From Eledone cirrhosa (Eukaryota), in the NCBI GenBank assembly GCA_964016885.1, contig OZ024741.1, forward strand, positions 79,608,001 to 79,672,000: a stretch of 64,000 bases of DNA, read 5' to 3'. Under the pieces are notes generated by a model that was not told where the DNA came from, searched no databases, and saw only the letters and a program-made list of their open reading frames with translations. Shown piece by piece: positions 1 through 13,445 of this stretch. Position numbers and translations under genes: made by a program. Numbering within the stretch: the stretch's first letter is position 1; each line of letters opens with the position of its first letter.

Positions 1-929
1 TGGAGGGTGCTCTGAAAGTACAGTAGCTAGAGTCAGAACGGGATAGAAAAAGTTCAGAGAGCTTATACCACTATTGGCCGCTAAAGGGATCTTTCTAAAA
101 ATGAAAGCAGGCTGTATGATGCCTGCATACGAACAACATTGTTACATGGCAGTGAGACCTGGGCATTGTGTGCAGAGGATATACGCAGACTGGAGCGAAA
201 CGAAGCTTGCATGCTCCGCTTGATGTGTAATAGTAATATACGTGAACGGCAAAGCATAAACGAACTAAGGGAGAAATTAGGAATAAGAGGGATCAGATGT
301 TGTTTACTCCAGAGAAGACTATGTTGGTACGGTCACGTGATGCACATGAAAGACAACAGCTGTATAAAAAAGTGCAGGGCGATAAAAATAGACGGTAGCC
401 ACGGAGTAGGCAGACCCAGAAAAACCTGGGACGACTTGATAAATTCCGACCTCACACACTTACACCTCTCCAAGACAATGTCACTGGACCGAGATCTTTG
501 GCACTACACAGTAATACAGAAGACCCGCCTTGCCTAAGTACAAAGCGAAACCTACAGTCAGTAGGCACCTCTAACAAAAATACACCCCCGTCCCACTACT
601 CCCACCCCATCCACACCACCCCTTTCAATGTAAAGTTATGTTGGTACCACAACATCCAGTCCGAAACAAATGAGGTTGTGTAGGTGTCACGACAAAAAAA
701 CACAGTCCACGCTGTAATGTGGCCGTGTAGGTAACACGGTAAAAACCTCCCAGCCCACACTGTAAACGTGGTTGGTGTTAGGAAGGGCATCCAGCCGTAG
801 AAAACCCGCCAGACAGTCCTATACGAGCAAGTCAACCAATCTTGCCTCAAGTGGGAAAATTCCCATCCAAACCCATGCAAGCGTGGAAGATGGACGTTAA
901 ACGATGATGATGATGATGATGATGATGAT
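1..929 (+). mobile_element. RTE-clade LINE 3' fragment (RT thumb/C-terminus, 3' UTR, (GAT)n tail)
   Basis: ORF 139-537 has HGSETW...RRLCWYGHVMHM...GRPRKTW motifs typical of the RTE C-terminus; 3' UTR has GGTTGGTGTTAGGAAGGGCATCCAGCCGTAGAAA and ends in (GAT)n; near-identical to 23360-24212. Confidence 0.9.
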
Positions 930-1218
930 ATTTTGCAGTTTATATATAATATCGTCTTTTTTTATGTATCATGGATTAAATTTCTGTGTATATTGTCAAT
1001 CTCTATCTATATTAATAAAGCTGACTACATTACAGGTACTTTATTATATATAATATATATAATACAACATTCCTATCTCTTTCTTACTCTGTCTTTTTAG
1101 ATAGATACATAGCTATAACGTTGCACGCTTATAATATCTGTCTGTATGTCTGCATTGACTTCGCTTCTAACCAACTTTTAATTAATTATATATATACATA
1201 TAATTATATATTCGTGTA

Positions 1219-2840
1219 CATATTTTCAACAGTAATACTTTACTATATATTTTCCACAGTAATACTTTACTATATATTTTCAACAGTAGTACTGTACTAT
1301 ATAATTTCAACAGTAATACTATACTATATATTTTCAACAGTAATACTTATACTATATATTTTCAACAGTAATACTTTACTATATATTTTCCACAGTAATA
1401 CTTTACTATATATTTTCAACAGTAGTACTGTACTATATAATTTCAACAGTAATACTATACTATATATTTTCAACAGTAATACTTTACTATATATTTTCAA
1501 CAGTAATACTTATACTATATATTTTCAACAGTAATACTTATACTATATATTTTCAACAGTAATACTTATACTATATATTTTCAACAGTAATACTGTACTA
1601 TATATTTTCAACAGTAATACTTATACTATATATTTTCAACAGTAATACTTATACTATATATTTTCAACAGTAATACTTATACTATATATTTTCAACAGTA
1701 ATACTTATACTATATATTTTCAACAGTAATACTTATACTATATATTTTCAACAGTAATACTTATACTATATATTTTCAACAGTAATACTTATACTATATA
1801 TTTTCAACAGTAATACTTATACTATATATTTTCAACAGTAATACTCTACTATATATTTTCAACAGTAATACTCTACTATATATTTTCAACAGTAATACTT
1901 ATACTATATATTTTCAACAGTAATACTCTACTATATATTTTCAACAGTAATACTATACTATGTATTTTCAACAGTAATACTTATACTATATATTTTCAAC
2001 AGTAATACTGTACTATATATTTTCAACAGTAATACTTTACTATATATTTTCAACAGTAATACTTATACTATATATTTTCAACAGTAATACTGTATTATAT
2101 ATTTTCAACAGTAATACTTTACTATATATTTTCAACAGTAATACTTATACTATATATTTTCAACAGTAATACTTATACTATATATTTTCAACAGTAATAC
2201 TTTACTATATATTTTCAACAGTAATACTTATACTATATATTTTCAACAGTAATACTTATACTATATATTTTCAACAGTAATACTCTACTATATATTTTCA
2301 ACAGTAATACTATACTATATATTTTCAACAGTAATACTTATACTATATATTTTCAACAGTAATACTCATCATCATCATCATCATCATCATCATCACCGTT
2401 TTATGTCCGTTCTTCCACGCTAGCATGGGTTAGACGGGTTGTCCTGTTGTGGGCAGTGTCTGGTCGGCTGACCATGCCTTGCTCATACAGGAACTGATCT
2501 GGCTTGATTTCTACAGCTGGATGCCCTTCCTAACACCAACCTCATTTACAGTGAGTGCTGGGTGCTTTTTCGTGGCGCCTACACGTCCACTTTACAGTGT
2601 GGGCTGGGTGCTTTTTTGCCGTGGCACCTCCACGGCCACCTTGCGGTGGAGGGGGGGGGGGGGCATATTGTTTATATGCTTCAGCATGTACCCATGGGAG
2701 GTCGGGTACCCTGTATTACTGCGTGACGCCAGAAGTCACGGTCGTGTGTCATTGACTATACTATACTATACTATACTATATATTTTCAACAGTAATACTA
2801 TACTATATATTTTCAACAGTAATACTATACTATATATTTT
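1219..2840. repeat. 28-bp minisatellite (CAGTAATACTTATACTATATATTTTCAA)n, roughly 40 copies, interrupted at 2367-2754
   Basis: Direct tandem repeats seen in the sequence. Confidence 0.95.
2367..2754 (-). mobile_element. RTE/SINE 3' tail inserted into the minisatellite
   Basis: (CAT)n followed by CTACAGCTGGATGCCCTTCCTAACACCAACC, the reverse of the RTE tail motif. Confidence 0.8.
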
Positions 2841-3047
2841 CAACAGTAATACTATACTACACAGACGGCTTATCGTCTGTTTATCCAAGCAAAGGTAGAT
2901 ACGTCAACTATATATATATATTTGGATGCCGTAGAACACGCCAATGGTAGCCGGGCAGCAGCCGGATGGGCCAGCTAGCACATATATATATATATATTTT
3001 CCATACACACATATATATATGGGTCTTCCAGTTTCATTTCACATTTC

Positions 3048-3305
3048 CAGGCCGAAACAAATGAGATCGTGTAGGTGTCACGCCAAAAAAACACACAGTT
3101 CACGCTGTAATGTGGCCGTGTAGGCAACACGGTAAAAACCTCCCAGCCCCACACTGTAAATGTGGTTGGTGTTAGGAAGGGCATCCAACTGTAGAAAACC
3201 TGCCAGACAGTCCTATGCGAGCAAGATAATCACTCTTGCCTCAAGTGGGAAAACCCCCGTCCAAACCCATGCAAGCGTGGAACACGGACGTTAGATGATG
3301 ATGAT
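3048..3305 (+). mobile_element. RTE 3' UTR fragment
   Basis: Matches 655-929. Confidence 0.85.
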
Positions 3306-3387
3306 TATATACAAGTCTGTGTATATTTTAATTATTTAAAAATTATTTTTAAGTGAACATGATTTTTTTTAAATATTTCGAAGTGAA

Positions 3388-3416
3388 CGTGACTCAACGG
3401 GTCACGGGTAGTCTAG
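3388..3416 (+). mobile_element. Helitron-like 3' terminus
   Basis: Hairpin CGTGACTC-AAC-GGGTCACG, 6 nt spacer, then CTAG|T. Confidence 0.55.
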
Positions 3417-3639
3417 TATATATATATATGTATGTGTGTATATATATATAAAATATATATACGTATATGTGTGTATATATATATATAATCCACAAATGTA
3501 ACCTTCAGATGAAACTGAATATTACTTATTCTATCTGTAAAACAATGGGCTTTGTACTAGTATAAAATAAATCTCTTTCATTCTATATAAAATCCTCCTC
3601 CCCTCCTTTTTCTTCTTCTTTGCTACTTATTCTTGGGGG

Positions 3640-5092
3640 GGGGGGGGGAAGAATCCTGAAGCATGCCTTCAAGAAGCAACCATTTCCAACTAAGCCAGCT
3701 GCATCCCCAAGCAAGACCAGCTGAGCTCATGAATTTTATCCAACCATCTTGCTCAGGGTCTACACATGGCCTCATGCTAGTTGGTTTTGCCCTTAAAATT
3801 TGTTCAGAGATTCTTTCCTGGGTAAACAAAGAACCATACTGCATCGTCCTTCGTGCAAGTTAACAATGGATGCATTCAGGCCTTAGGTAGAAGGGCCTGT
3901 TCAAAAAACATATTGCAGCCTCCATTTTTTTTCTCACAAGTAATAACGTCACTTGATAGAGTGTGTAGTTCGGAGATCGGAGTGTCACTCCAGGTAGAGC
4001 TGCTACTTCTCCAAATTGGGAGACCATAGCTCTGATACTATGGGCATATGGTTAGAATGTCTCAGGAAAGAATTGCTGGACAGATTTTATGAGCAAAACC
4101 AACCGGCAGGAGACCCAGGGGTAGACCCCAAGCAAGATGGCTGAATAACATCCATGAGCTCTGCTGGTCGTGCTTGGGGATCCAGCCAGATCAATTGGAG
4201 GCGGTTGCTTCTGACAGGACCCACTGGAAGGAGTGTTTGAGGACTCTTCCCCCATGGCCCTCTCAGGAATAACTGGGTGAAGAAGAAGAAGATACTTTAC
4301 GGGAACATTCTAACCACAAGTCCATAATATCAGAGCTGTGATCTCTCAATTTAGAGAAGCAGTAGCTGTTCATTGAGTGGCTCTCTGATATCCAAGCTAC
4401 ACACTCTATTGAATAACGTTACTGCAAAGGCACTTTGGAAAACCCCATTTTATCTGCTTATTTTCTTTCGATCATTAACCATTTTCATGACCTTAGGTAA
4501 GGGTTGGCATGAATACCAAATTGAAGATAGCAGGTTTGGCTTTTACACCAATCTCCCTTCTTCTGATGATCAAATGCTGAAGGTGGTGCATTACTGCATT
4601 ATGGCCCTGAGATACTTGAACCTCTCAATTTGCCTCAGTAGAACTCCGTTCATATGTAGAGTGCATTATGCAGGCATTTGTGAAAGGATGAATGTCTCAG
4701 AATTTGCAGCACTGATTTTCATTCCTGCCATGCAGCACTCAGCATTAAATCTATCAAGTGCATTTTGGAGATTAGCTTCTGACAAGAAAAGTAGTTCCAT
4801 GAATCTGCAAATTCCAGCTGACTGATTCTATACCTGCTATTCATCATATCATTTCCAACCCAGCTGCACATGTCAATCCTGTCTATGAAGATTATGAACA
4901 GTAGAGGTGTCAGTACACACCCTTGGCATAGTCTGACACCCACATTGAATGGTTTTGATTTAGCACCATTTATCCGAACACAAATACTAGTGAATTTATA
5001 TACAGACATCAGGGCAACGAGAAGCTGTCCATCAATCCCATATTCCTGCAGAACCTTCCACAACAGGTCTCATGGAATGTGCTCACATGCCT
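3640..5092. mobile_element. Decayed fragments of a second RTE family in both orientations
   Basis: Minus ORF 4719-5063 WKVLQEYGIDGQLL...QGCVLTPLLFIIFIDRI...FAD; plus-strand YGHMVRM...RRPRGRP ending in (GAA)n near 4290. Confidence 0.75.
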
Positions 5093-6016
5093 ATATAAGG
5101 TATCTCTTTTGTCACTGCTGTCATAAATGTATGCACACACACACACACACATACACACAGATGTCACTTTACTAACTAACCTTACATCCACATGTTGACA
5201 GTTATGTTTTCCCTTTTATCTCTCAATTAATTATTCTACATCAGCTTCTATCTATGTATCTTACTCTTTCAAACACAATCATCATTTTTACATTTGCCTT
5301 TCTATGCTGGCATGAGTTGACAAGCTTTTATGATGTAAATTCTTTTAGTTGTCTCATTCAACATGCAGGAATATAGTGTATCTATTCTAAAAAAAAGTGT
5401 GATAAACAAGTTCATTATCTTTGTATAATTTATTCCATACTCAAAATAAACCCAGTCATTTTTTTACGGGTATTATGCTAGTAGTACATAAATAAACAAC
5501 AACATCCAACCAACCAACCAATCAACCAACAAGCCGACTAGTTAGCTAGCCAACCAGACATAAATTAATCTAGCCCAGTCAAGAGATGATCTTATCTTCA
5601 CAGTTGTTCTACTGACAAGGCTAATTTGTCTCTTCTATTGATTAATTATCAGACCACACATAGCAATGCTGTAAGCACACTCATCTTGTCTTTCCTCTTA
5701 TAATGAACTTAATTGGACATTTCAGCCAATCATGTCTGGCTGAAAACATAGAGATTGCTTTTTGTTTTTTGTTATTTTGCCATTGTTTTCTTTGATTTTG
5801 GTTTAAATATTCGTGTTGTCTACTGATTTTTTTATTTATAAATAATCATGTTGTGGTCATTGTTGTTGTTGTTTGAGAAATTTCCATTTTGCTGTTGTTA
5901 TTGTGGTACTTTGTTTCTTTATATATATATATATATATAGATAGAGTCAGCAGTACTGAAACTAATCATGTGAGTACTTGAAACATGTCGAGATGTAGAG
6001 TGGGTATAGAGATGTG

Positions 6017-6119
6017 TAAAATCCCGACCGCAGCACCAAGCAGTTCCAGCTTGTGTGTTAAAGATAAGGCTTGCTTAACACACAAGCCGAAACCTCTTGG
6101 TGCTGCGGTCGGGATTTTA
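6017..6119. repeat. Long inverted repeat formed from a 5'-truncated hammerhead-bearing element
   Basis: TAAAATCCCGACCGCAGCACCAAG...CTTGGTGCTGCGGTCGGGATTTTA arms; related copy at 15310-15390. Confidence 0.75.
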
Positions 6120-6211
6120 AACTATATATATATATATCAGCTCAACAATATATATATAAATGTAAACACTATGTACATACATATACACACACATATATAT
6201 ATATATATATT

Positions 6212-6558
6212 ATGGAGGCACATGGCTTAGTGGTTAGAGCATTGGCCTTGCAATCGAAAGGTTGTGAGTTCAATTCTCAGACCGGGTGATGTGTTGTTTC
6301 CTTGAGCAAGACACTTTATTTCACATTGCTCCAGTTTACTCAGCTGTAGAAATGAGATGATAGGGACTGAGGTCCCTATCATTCCACTGCAAAGTGGTCA
6401 TGGAGGTGCCACAGCAAAAAAGCACCCAGCACTCACTGTAAATGAGGTTGGTGTTAGGAAGGGCATCCAGCTGTAGAAATCAAGCCAGAATCAGTTCCCG
6501 TCCCACCCTTGCAAGCAGGAAAAAGCGGACGTAAAATGAAATGATGATGAAATGATGA
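6212..6558 (+). mobile_element. tRNA-derived CORE-type SINE with RTE-like 3' tail
   Basis: A box TGGCTTAGTGG, B box GAGTTCAATTC, CORE-like CCTTGAGCAAGACACTT...CTCAGCTGTAGAAATG, RTE tail motif and (GAT)n. Confidence 0.85.
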
Positions 6559-6568
6559 TATATATATA

Positions 6569-6962
6569 CGAGGGTAATCCCAAAAGTAAGGTCTCCAAAG
6601 CGATGGGGACGCACAGAAACTGTTTGTATAGCTGTTTGGCAACACTGTTGTGATTGGTGCTTCCTTCACTCCCAAACAAGCATGCACGCGCTTCGCTGGG
6701 ATGCTCAATCTTGGCTTGGCAGCCATTGAGAATGGAGCTCCCGTTGAACGCTACCGCCAAGTGCGAATTTCGCGCAGTTATTATATGGAGGGCAATCCCA
6801 AAAGTAAGGTCTCCTTCCGAGGAAAACATGCGTAAAGATCGTCGGATCACTTTGGATGCTCTCTGCATTTTGGTTCCTGAGGTTTCCCGAAGCACCATCC
6901 ACAGGATTTTAACGGAAAAGTTGCAATATTGGAAGGAGACCTTACTTTTAGGATTGCCCTCC
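6569..6962 (+). mobile_element. Rearranged mariner (Tc1/mariner) deletion derivative with three TIR copies
   Basis: 28-bp TIR GAGGGYAATCCCAAAAGTAAGGTCTCC at 6569 and 6787, inverted at 6935-6962; TA flanks; peptides AKCEFRAVI and DRRITLDAL...VSRSTIHRILTEKL (mariner HTH). Confidence 0.85.
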
Positions 6963-7519
6963 TATATATATATATATATCATCATCATCATCTAATGCCC
7001 ACTTTCCCTGCTAGCAAGGGTTGGACGGCTCTTCACAGACCATATCAGTACTGCAGCATGTCTACTGACTTTCCAGACAGGCTGGGAGTCTGATTTTTGT
7101 TGACATTTATTATGTCACTAGTACTAGGAGGGTTGCCATGTCTTTGACACAATTGAATGGTCCTCCCAAGCTTTTCTTTGTGAATGGTTGGATGCCCATC
7201 CTACACCAACCACTTTACAGCATGTACTGGGTGCATTTATTGTATAGATCACCAACAATAGAGAGGCTGTCACTCCATTGATACAACTGAAGGTCCTCTC
7301 AACAGTTTTGGCATGGTTTCTACAGCAGTGTGCTCTTCCTATTGCTAACCACCTTACAGGGTATACTGAGTAAATTTTCAAGTCTCTGCTTCTTTGAAGT
7401 CCAATATGACTAAAATACACCCAACGTTGTCCACATTACTTGCCAACATTAAGTATTTCTAATTGAATATTTTATGCTCACTACACTATGTTGGGAATAA
7501 TAATAATAGTAAAAGTATT

Positions 7520-8370
7520 AATCAACATGTCTATGTATGTACCTAATCCTCATAGATGAATCTATGGTAGAATTAGAGAATATCCTAATCTGGAAGCAAA
7601 AAGTCTTCAAGTCACCTTGGCAAATACTAAAATCCTAGTAAGTAGAAAGGAATACAGGGCCCAGATCCCTTCAGATTTGGATTTGTTCAGTGTGCAAGAA
7701 AGGAGTGGGCAGAAATTCCATCCTATGTCCCAAATGTAAAAAAATAGGTACAAAAAAGATGTAGTGGGATCTCAGACAGGTTAGCAAAGAATGTAGGTTT
7801 TATATGTGGTCAATACAGAGGAGCAATAAGTAGTAAGAGATCACAGAAAACAAGTTTTATTAAATTCTCAGGGGGGCTTTATAGAAGTAGTTAAGGACTT
7901 CTGCTACCTGGGTGACTAAATTAGCAGTGGAAATGGGTGTTCTGAAAGTACAGTAGCTAGAGTGAGAACAGGATGGAAAAAGTTCAGGGAATTACTACCA
8001 CTGCTAACAACAAAGGGTTTGATGGAGGAAGATTGTAAAGAAATGAAGCTTGCATGCTTTGATGGATGTGTAATTGTTCTGTGCATGAATGGTGAAATAT
8101 CAATGAATTGAGAGAGAAACTGGGCATAAGAGAAGTCAGATGTAGTGTGTTGGACAGGAAATTTCAGTAGTATGGACATGTGATGCATATGGAGGATAAC
8201 AGCTGTATAAAAAGGTGCAAGGCACTCAAAGTTGACAGGAACTATGGAAGCGGAAGACCTAGGAAAGCTTGGGATGAAGTGATAAAAGCTGACCTTGCAC
8301 AATTAAACTTCTCAAAGGAGATGTCATAGGATCAAGATCTCTGGTGCTATGCTGTACTACACAAAACCTA
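7520..8370 (+). mobile_element. Old degraded RTE LINE fragment
   Basis: Homologous to 23160-23800 and 35910-36640, including the CSVCKKGVGRNSI zinc-finger region. Confidence 0.75.
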
Positions 8371-9748
8371 CCCCTCCTCTATTCACCCTCCCCAGTCTTA
8401 ATACCCTGCTCTCACTAGCTAAATATCCCACTCCCCTAGTCCATGACTAAAACTTACATACTACTGAAATGCAAATTCAGTGTCCAAGGGATTTAAATAA
8501 TACTAAAGATGTAAACCCCCCAAAGAGCCATACTAGGAACAGCACACATTCTACATTAGACACTTTCACTTCAGTAATACAACACACACAGTATATATTT
8601 TACACACTCATTTCCCACTACTACAACACAAAGCATAGTCTACACAATCACCTCCTGATGCTATAACTCACTCAGGATATATTCTACACAATCGCCTCCT
8701 AACATAAAGCACACAGTTCATATTCTATATTCTTCAGAATCACCTCCTACAACATAATAATGTACACAACCATATATCAATACAAAATATATTCTGCCCA
8801 ACCACATGGTCACATGATCTATTAGAAATAGCAACCAGATCTCCCAACCTGACAGTAATGATGGGAAACTTATGACATGCAATAGGTTTTTGAAATGAAC
8901 TTTGAAAATTGTACAAGACAGACATGGGCTCTGTAAGCTGTAGTGAAGACAACCCATCTCGGAAAGCAGTCACTCTAAATAAAAACTGAAAATAATGCCT
9001 CCAGTATAAAGTAGTTGATGATAGGAAGGATATCCAGCCAAAAACTGAGACTAGCTTAATGTATGACTAGCACTCTCCCTTCAATGCCATGTTATAAAAA
9101 GCTTATCTATAAACATTTACTTAAAACTAAAAACATATGCATACATTTTTCTTCTCATTTGAAATTGCTATTGCAGGTGGTGGTATTTGTTTATGTTCTA
9201 TGTAAACAAAAGTATAACTGTTCAAGGGTAAGATAATTCCAATATGTTGGGCTGTAAAAGTTTACCATCACTGCTCAACTGTCGTTGAATAATGTTGTTC
9301 TAGTTACATTATGTTTGAAATAAGATGAGATTTTCACTGCTTGATTAAAGATAACCTAGGGTAGCAACCTCAACTGTGGTCCTGAGTCCCCAGCATATAG
9401 GTAAAAAGGATGAGATGGCCAGGACTGGAATGACTTTCGTCATATGCCTGTTTGATCAGGGAGGCAATAAGACAGCCTCTATATGAGAACTTAACCAGCT
9501 ATATCTTACCCTCATGTCAGACCATACAGCTTAACAAAATAAGTATATGTTGGATAATGTACTTTTAGATACATTTTGTCTGAAACAAAAACAAAACATG
9601 ATATTCCCAACTGGGATGCTTTTGATCATAGGTCTGTTTGGTGTTGACTTGATATTTAAAAAAAAAAGCAGTTAAAGGAAGGATTATAGAGGAATTAACG
9701 GATGATAAAAGACATTTCAAAGACACACTTTAGGGATTCAAAAGTACT

Positions 9749-9749
<1 letters not shown>

Positions 9750-9781
<32 letters not shown>

Positions 9782-10104
9782 TTTACGTCCGCTTTTCCCT
9801 GCTTGCAAGGGTGGGACGGGAACTGATTCTGGTTTGATTTCTACAGCTGGATGCCCTTCCTAACACCAACCTCATTTACAGTGAGTGCTGGGGGCTATTT
9901 TTCCGTGGCGCCTACACGTCCACTTTACAGTGGAATGATAGGGACCCCAGTCCTATTATCTCATTTCTACAGCTGAGTAAACTGGAGCAATGTGAAATAA
10001 AGTGTCTTGCTCAAGGAAACAACACATCACCCGGTCTGAGAATTGAACTCACAACCTTTCGATTGCAAGGCCAATGCTCTAACCACTAAGCCATGTGCCT
10101 CCAT
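9750..10104 (-). mobile_element. CORE-type tRNA SINE (same family as 6212-6558)
   Basis: Near-identical reverse complement. Confidence 0.9.
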
Positions 10105-11148
10105 CATACTAATAATATTAATATTTACAAAAAGAAGGCACAAAAATAGATAACACACAAATACATACTCACACATGTATACACACACAGTAACAAATGT
10201 ATATATACAGTCAGACACAGATGTAATTACACGTGCACAAACAGACACACATACACATAGTCACATCGACATAAATAAATACAGTCACATACACATGCAC
10301 AACAGTACATATGCATATATAAGCCAAGAAGTATGTGACAAAAAAGTTGATGGTTAAATGGGGTCAGCATATATTCAAGGTCAATATTTTGCTGATTTTC
10401 ATCAACTTCAAATTTTGCATAAATAAAGTGCTAAAATACCTAGAGTATTTATTTTACACTGAAACAGTTTTTTTACATTTACTACATCCATCAATAGTGT
10501 GATTTATGCATTCCCTTGAAAATATTTCCAACAAATTTTTATAATTTGAATTTTTTTATATTTTAATTATGCATGTGCACATAAAATATGCATGTATGTG
10601 TGCATAGTACTTCTGACTTGTATTTTATTGCACTCACTCTCTCCCTTCATTCTCTTTTTCTTGCTCTGTCACCATTCTCTCTCACATGCTGTCTCTCCAT
10701 CCCTCTTCTACTCCCTATACAAAGTTCTCTTATTCAATCTCTTCCTTTCAAAGTACTCCTAACATGTGAGAAGCCAGAAGTAAACAAAAATTTGAGAAAC
10801 TTATTGAAATTTTATAAAACATGAAATGGTAATGAAGTTGTGAAACAAGAACTATATTCTAAATGACATGTAAAACATTTTAAACATCAAAGTATTAAAA
10901 CTTCATAAATATATTTTATACTTATGAGAATTTCACTATGCCATCTAAACATAATGCCTGGGCTTATAAATGAGGTTTGGATTTTTGCCCATTTCTCAGA
11001 CATAAAATAAGGGTGGTTTGGCTTATATTCGGATCAGTGTATATTTGTGTATATATGGTAATTAAATATAAACATATACAATCATGCATTCACACACAAA
11101 AACACAGTGCCACACATACATAAAGAATAAATTACAGATTATACTTAC

Positions 11149-11187
11149 ATTTTGTTCATCCATTACACTCCATTCTGAATGAAGATC
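11149..11187 (-). CDS. Putative internal 39-nt coding exon (DLHSEWSVMDEQN) of the gene starting at 39869
   Basis: Minus strand ctgctaatttcAG|GATCTT...CAAAAT|GTAAGT; open in phase 0-0, matching the phase-0 donor of the 38694 exon. Confidence 0.6.
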
Positions 11188-12852
11188 CTGAAATTAGCAG
11201 AACATAAAGAAAATATGATAGATCTTAGATAAATGTTATGTTAAAGAGCAAAACTTTTTCAAATATACTTTATCACATTACTGAGTCTGTAATTATATAA
11301 ACTTCTAACAACATTCTACTGTATTAAATCCATGGCTTATGTGAGGAAGATTCAGTCGATTGGACCTCAAGAGCCAAGGAGGGGCTGTGCATAGGCAACA
11401 CACCCACAAAAAGAAAAAAAGGAAACACATGCCCCTCCTTGAATTTTGTGAGGAGCATCTCCCCATTAAAGGAATGAAAGCAGTCATGTTCCACCATGCA
11501 AATATTTTCTTAGAAGCTCTGATCAGATCAATGCTAAATTCTAGTACAAGGTATAATATATATTCCAAAATTAGTAGCATGTTTGTGATAACACATACTT
11601 GTGATGTCTTAATGTATCAATCAGACCAATACAAGTAAATCCTGTGGTCTACCTGTTCAGGGGAGCATGGTAAGGCCACATAGAATAAAGAACTCAAAAT
11701 ATGAGCATTGTGTGTGAACATTTTCATACCAGACTGCTTGAATCTGCCCTTGTTCTACAATACAAAACTGTTTCTTTGAAAGTGTTTATACTTTACTAAA
11801 AGAAACTCCACATGATAATAAACATCTTTGTTAAGTTATGTTCCAAACAACAACTTAACTCTTAACATCTCATAATAATTTAGCAGAAATTATTTCAAAA
11901 TAGATTTGTTAATTCAAATGTTTATAGTATCTTTAAAATTGGACAGATCATTGATAAAATTTACAGTATTAGAATAAAGACTTAAATTTTCTAATGTGAT
12001 ACAGTCATAATACTGTGATATACTTTTCAAGAATGTCTTGCTAATGTGGTTCTATGCAGTACAGGGCATTATGAGTAAATAATGAGAAAATTATTTATAT
12101 TATTAAACCCCTTCAAATTCTTGATTATTTTCAAAATTCTTTGGAAATCATGGCTAATGTCTTTCATGGGAAATATGGTACTGAAAGGATTCAAACAGTG
12201 AGTTCAAGAAAAAACATTTTGTTTTGTTTAAGAACAGGTCACATTCTAGTGTAAGGCCTTACAGACATTTTAAAACTGGCATTCATTAGAGTATTGGATT
12301 AAATGCCTTAGTTCTCTCTGTTCTAAGTTCAAATCCTGCCAAAGTAAACTTTGTCTTGTTCCTTTCAAAGTACCAGTCAAGGGTAGTGAATTGGTAGAAT
12401 TATTAAAACGTCAGACAAGATACTTTGCAGTATCTGATCAAGCTGTGTTGAGTTCAAATTTCCTCTGCTTCTGCAAGTTGTGACAGATAATTAGTCTCCG
12501 CAATGATGAGTTAGACAGGTCGTCCATATTATGAGACAAGCCTGGCCAGTTGGCCATGCTGTACCTTGATCAAACGAAACTGTATCTTGGCTGTTTTTTT
12601 TCTAAGACTTTTCTCATAACCAGACTACTCTTATAACGTGGACAACCTGTTTAATCCATGCAAGCATGAAAAAATAGATTTTAAATAATGATGATGATGA
12701 ATGGAAAGATCAATGGAAATATTATTTTCTTAGTCTGATCTGACAATCTGCCCCATTCCTTCATAAAACTAGAAGCATATCTGTTATCACACATACTTCT
12801 GACATTCTAAAGAATCAGATCAATGCTATACTCTAGCATAATCACTGACATT

Positions 12853-13036
12853 ATTTGGCAGTATCGGTAGAGGGTCGGACGCCATGCTTTGACACATAGA
12901 GTTATGGCCCTTGCCATTCTGAGTTCAAAATCCCGCCAAGGTTAACTTTGCCTTTCATACTTACGGGGTCGATAAAATAAAGTACCAGTAATACACTGGG
13001 TAATTGCTGGCTTTGTGCCAAAAGTAGAAACAATTA
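12853..13036 (+). mobile_element. tRNA-derived SINE with Meta/MESC-like central domain
   Basis: TGGCAGTATCGGTAG A box, GAGTTCAAA B box, GCCTTTCATMCTTACGGGGTCGATAAAATAAAGTACCAG core. Confidence 0.8.
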
Positions 13037-13060
13037 TGTTATAGAGCATAAACAAGGAAC

Positions 13061-13445
13061 ATTGGCGCTACACAGTAATACAGAAGACCCGCCTTGCCTA
13101 AATACAAAGCGAAACCTAGTCAGTAGGCACCTCTAACAAAAATACACCCCTGTCCCACTACCCCCACCCCATCCAGTCCGAAACAAATGAGGTCGTGTGT
13201 CACGACAAAAAAAACACACAGTCCACGCTGTAATGTGGCCGTGTAGGTAACATGGTAAAAACCTCCCAGTCCACACTGTAAATGTGGTTGGGTTTAGGAA
13301 GGGCATCCAGCCGTAGAAAACCCGCCAGACAGTCCTATACGAGCAAGACAACCAATCTTGCCTCAAGTGGGAAAACTCCCGTCCAAACCCATGCAAGCGT
13401 GGAAGATGGACGTTTAAATGATGATGATGATGATGATGATGATGA
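13061..13445 (+). mobile_element. RTE 3' end fragment
   Basis: Matches 499-929 with a (GAT)n tail. Confidence 0.9.

Larger units (their letters stand above)
1000..2978 (+). mobile_element. Possible non-autonomous Helitron carrying a 28-bp minisatellite
   Basis: Starts A|TCTCTATCTATATTAATAAAG; ends with a GC hairpin (CCGG-GCAGCAG-CCGG) then CTAG at 2975-2978. Confidence 0.4.

Noticed and set aside
1219-2366. Regular 28-bp repeats as a CRISPR array
   Set aside because: Units are directly tandem with no unique spacers, in a eukaryotic context with no cas genes
6212-6290. tRNA gene
   Set aside because: The tRNA-like head runs into a CORE domain and LINE tail and is multicopy, so it is a SINE
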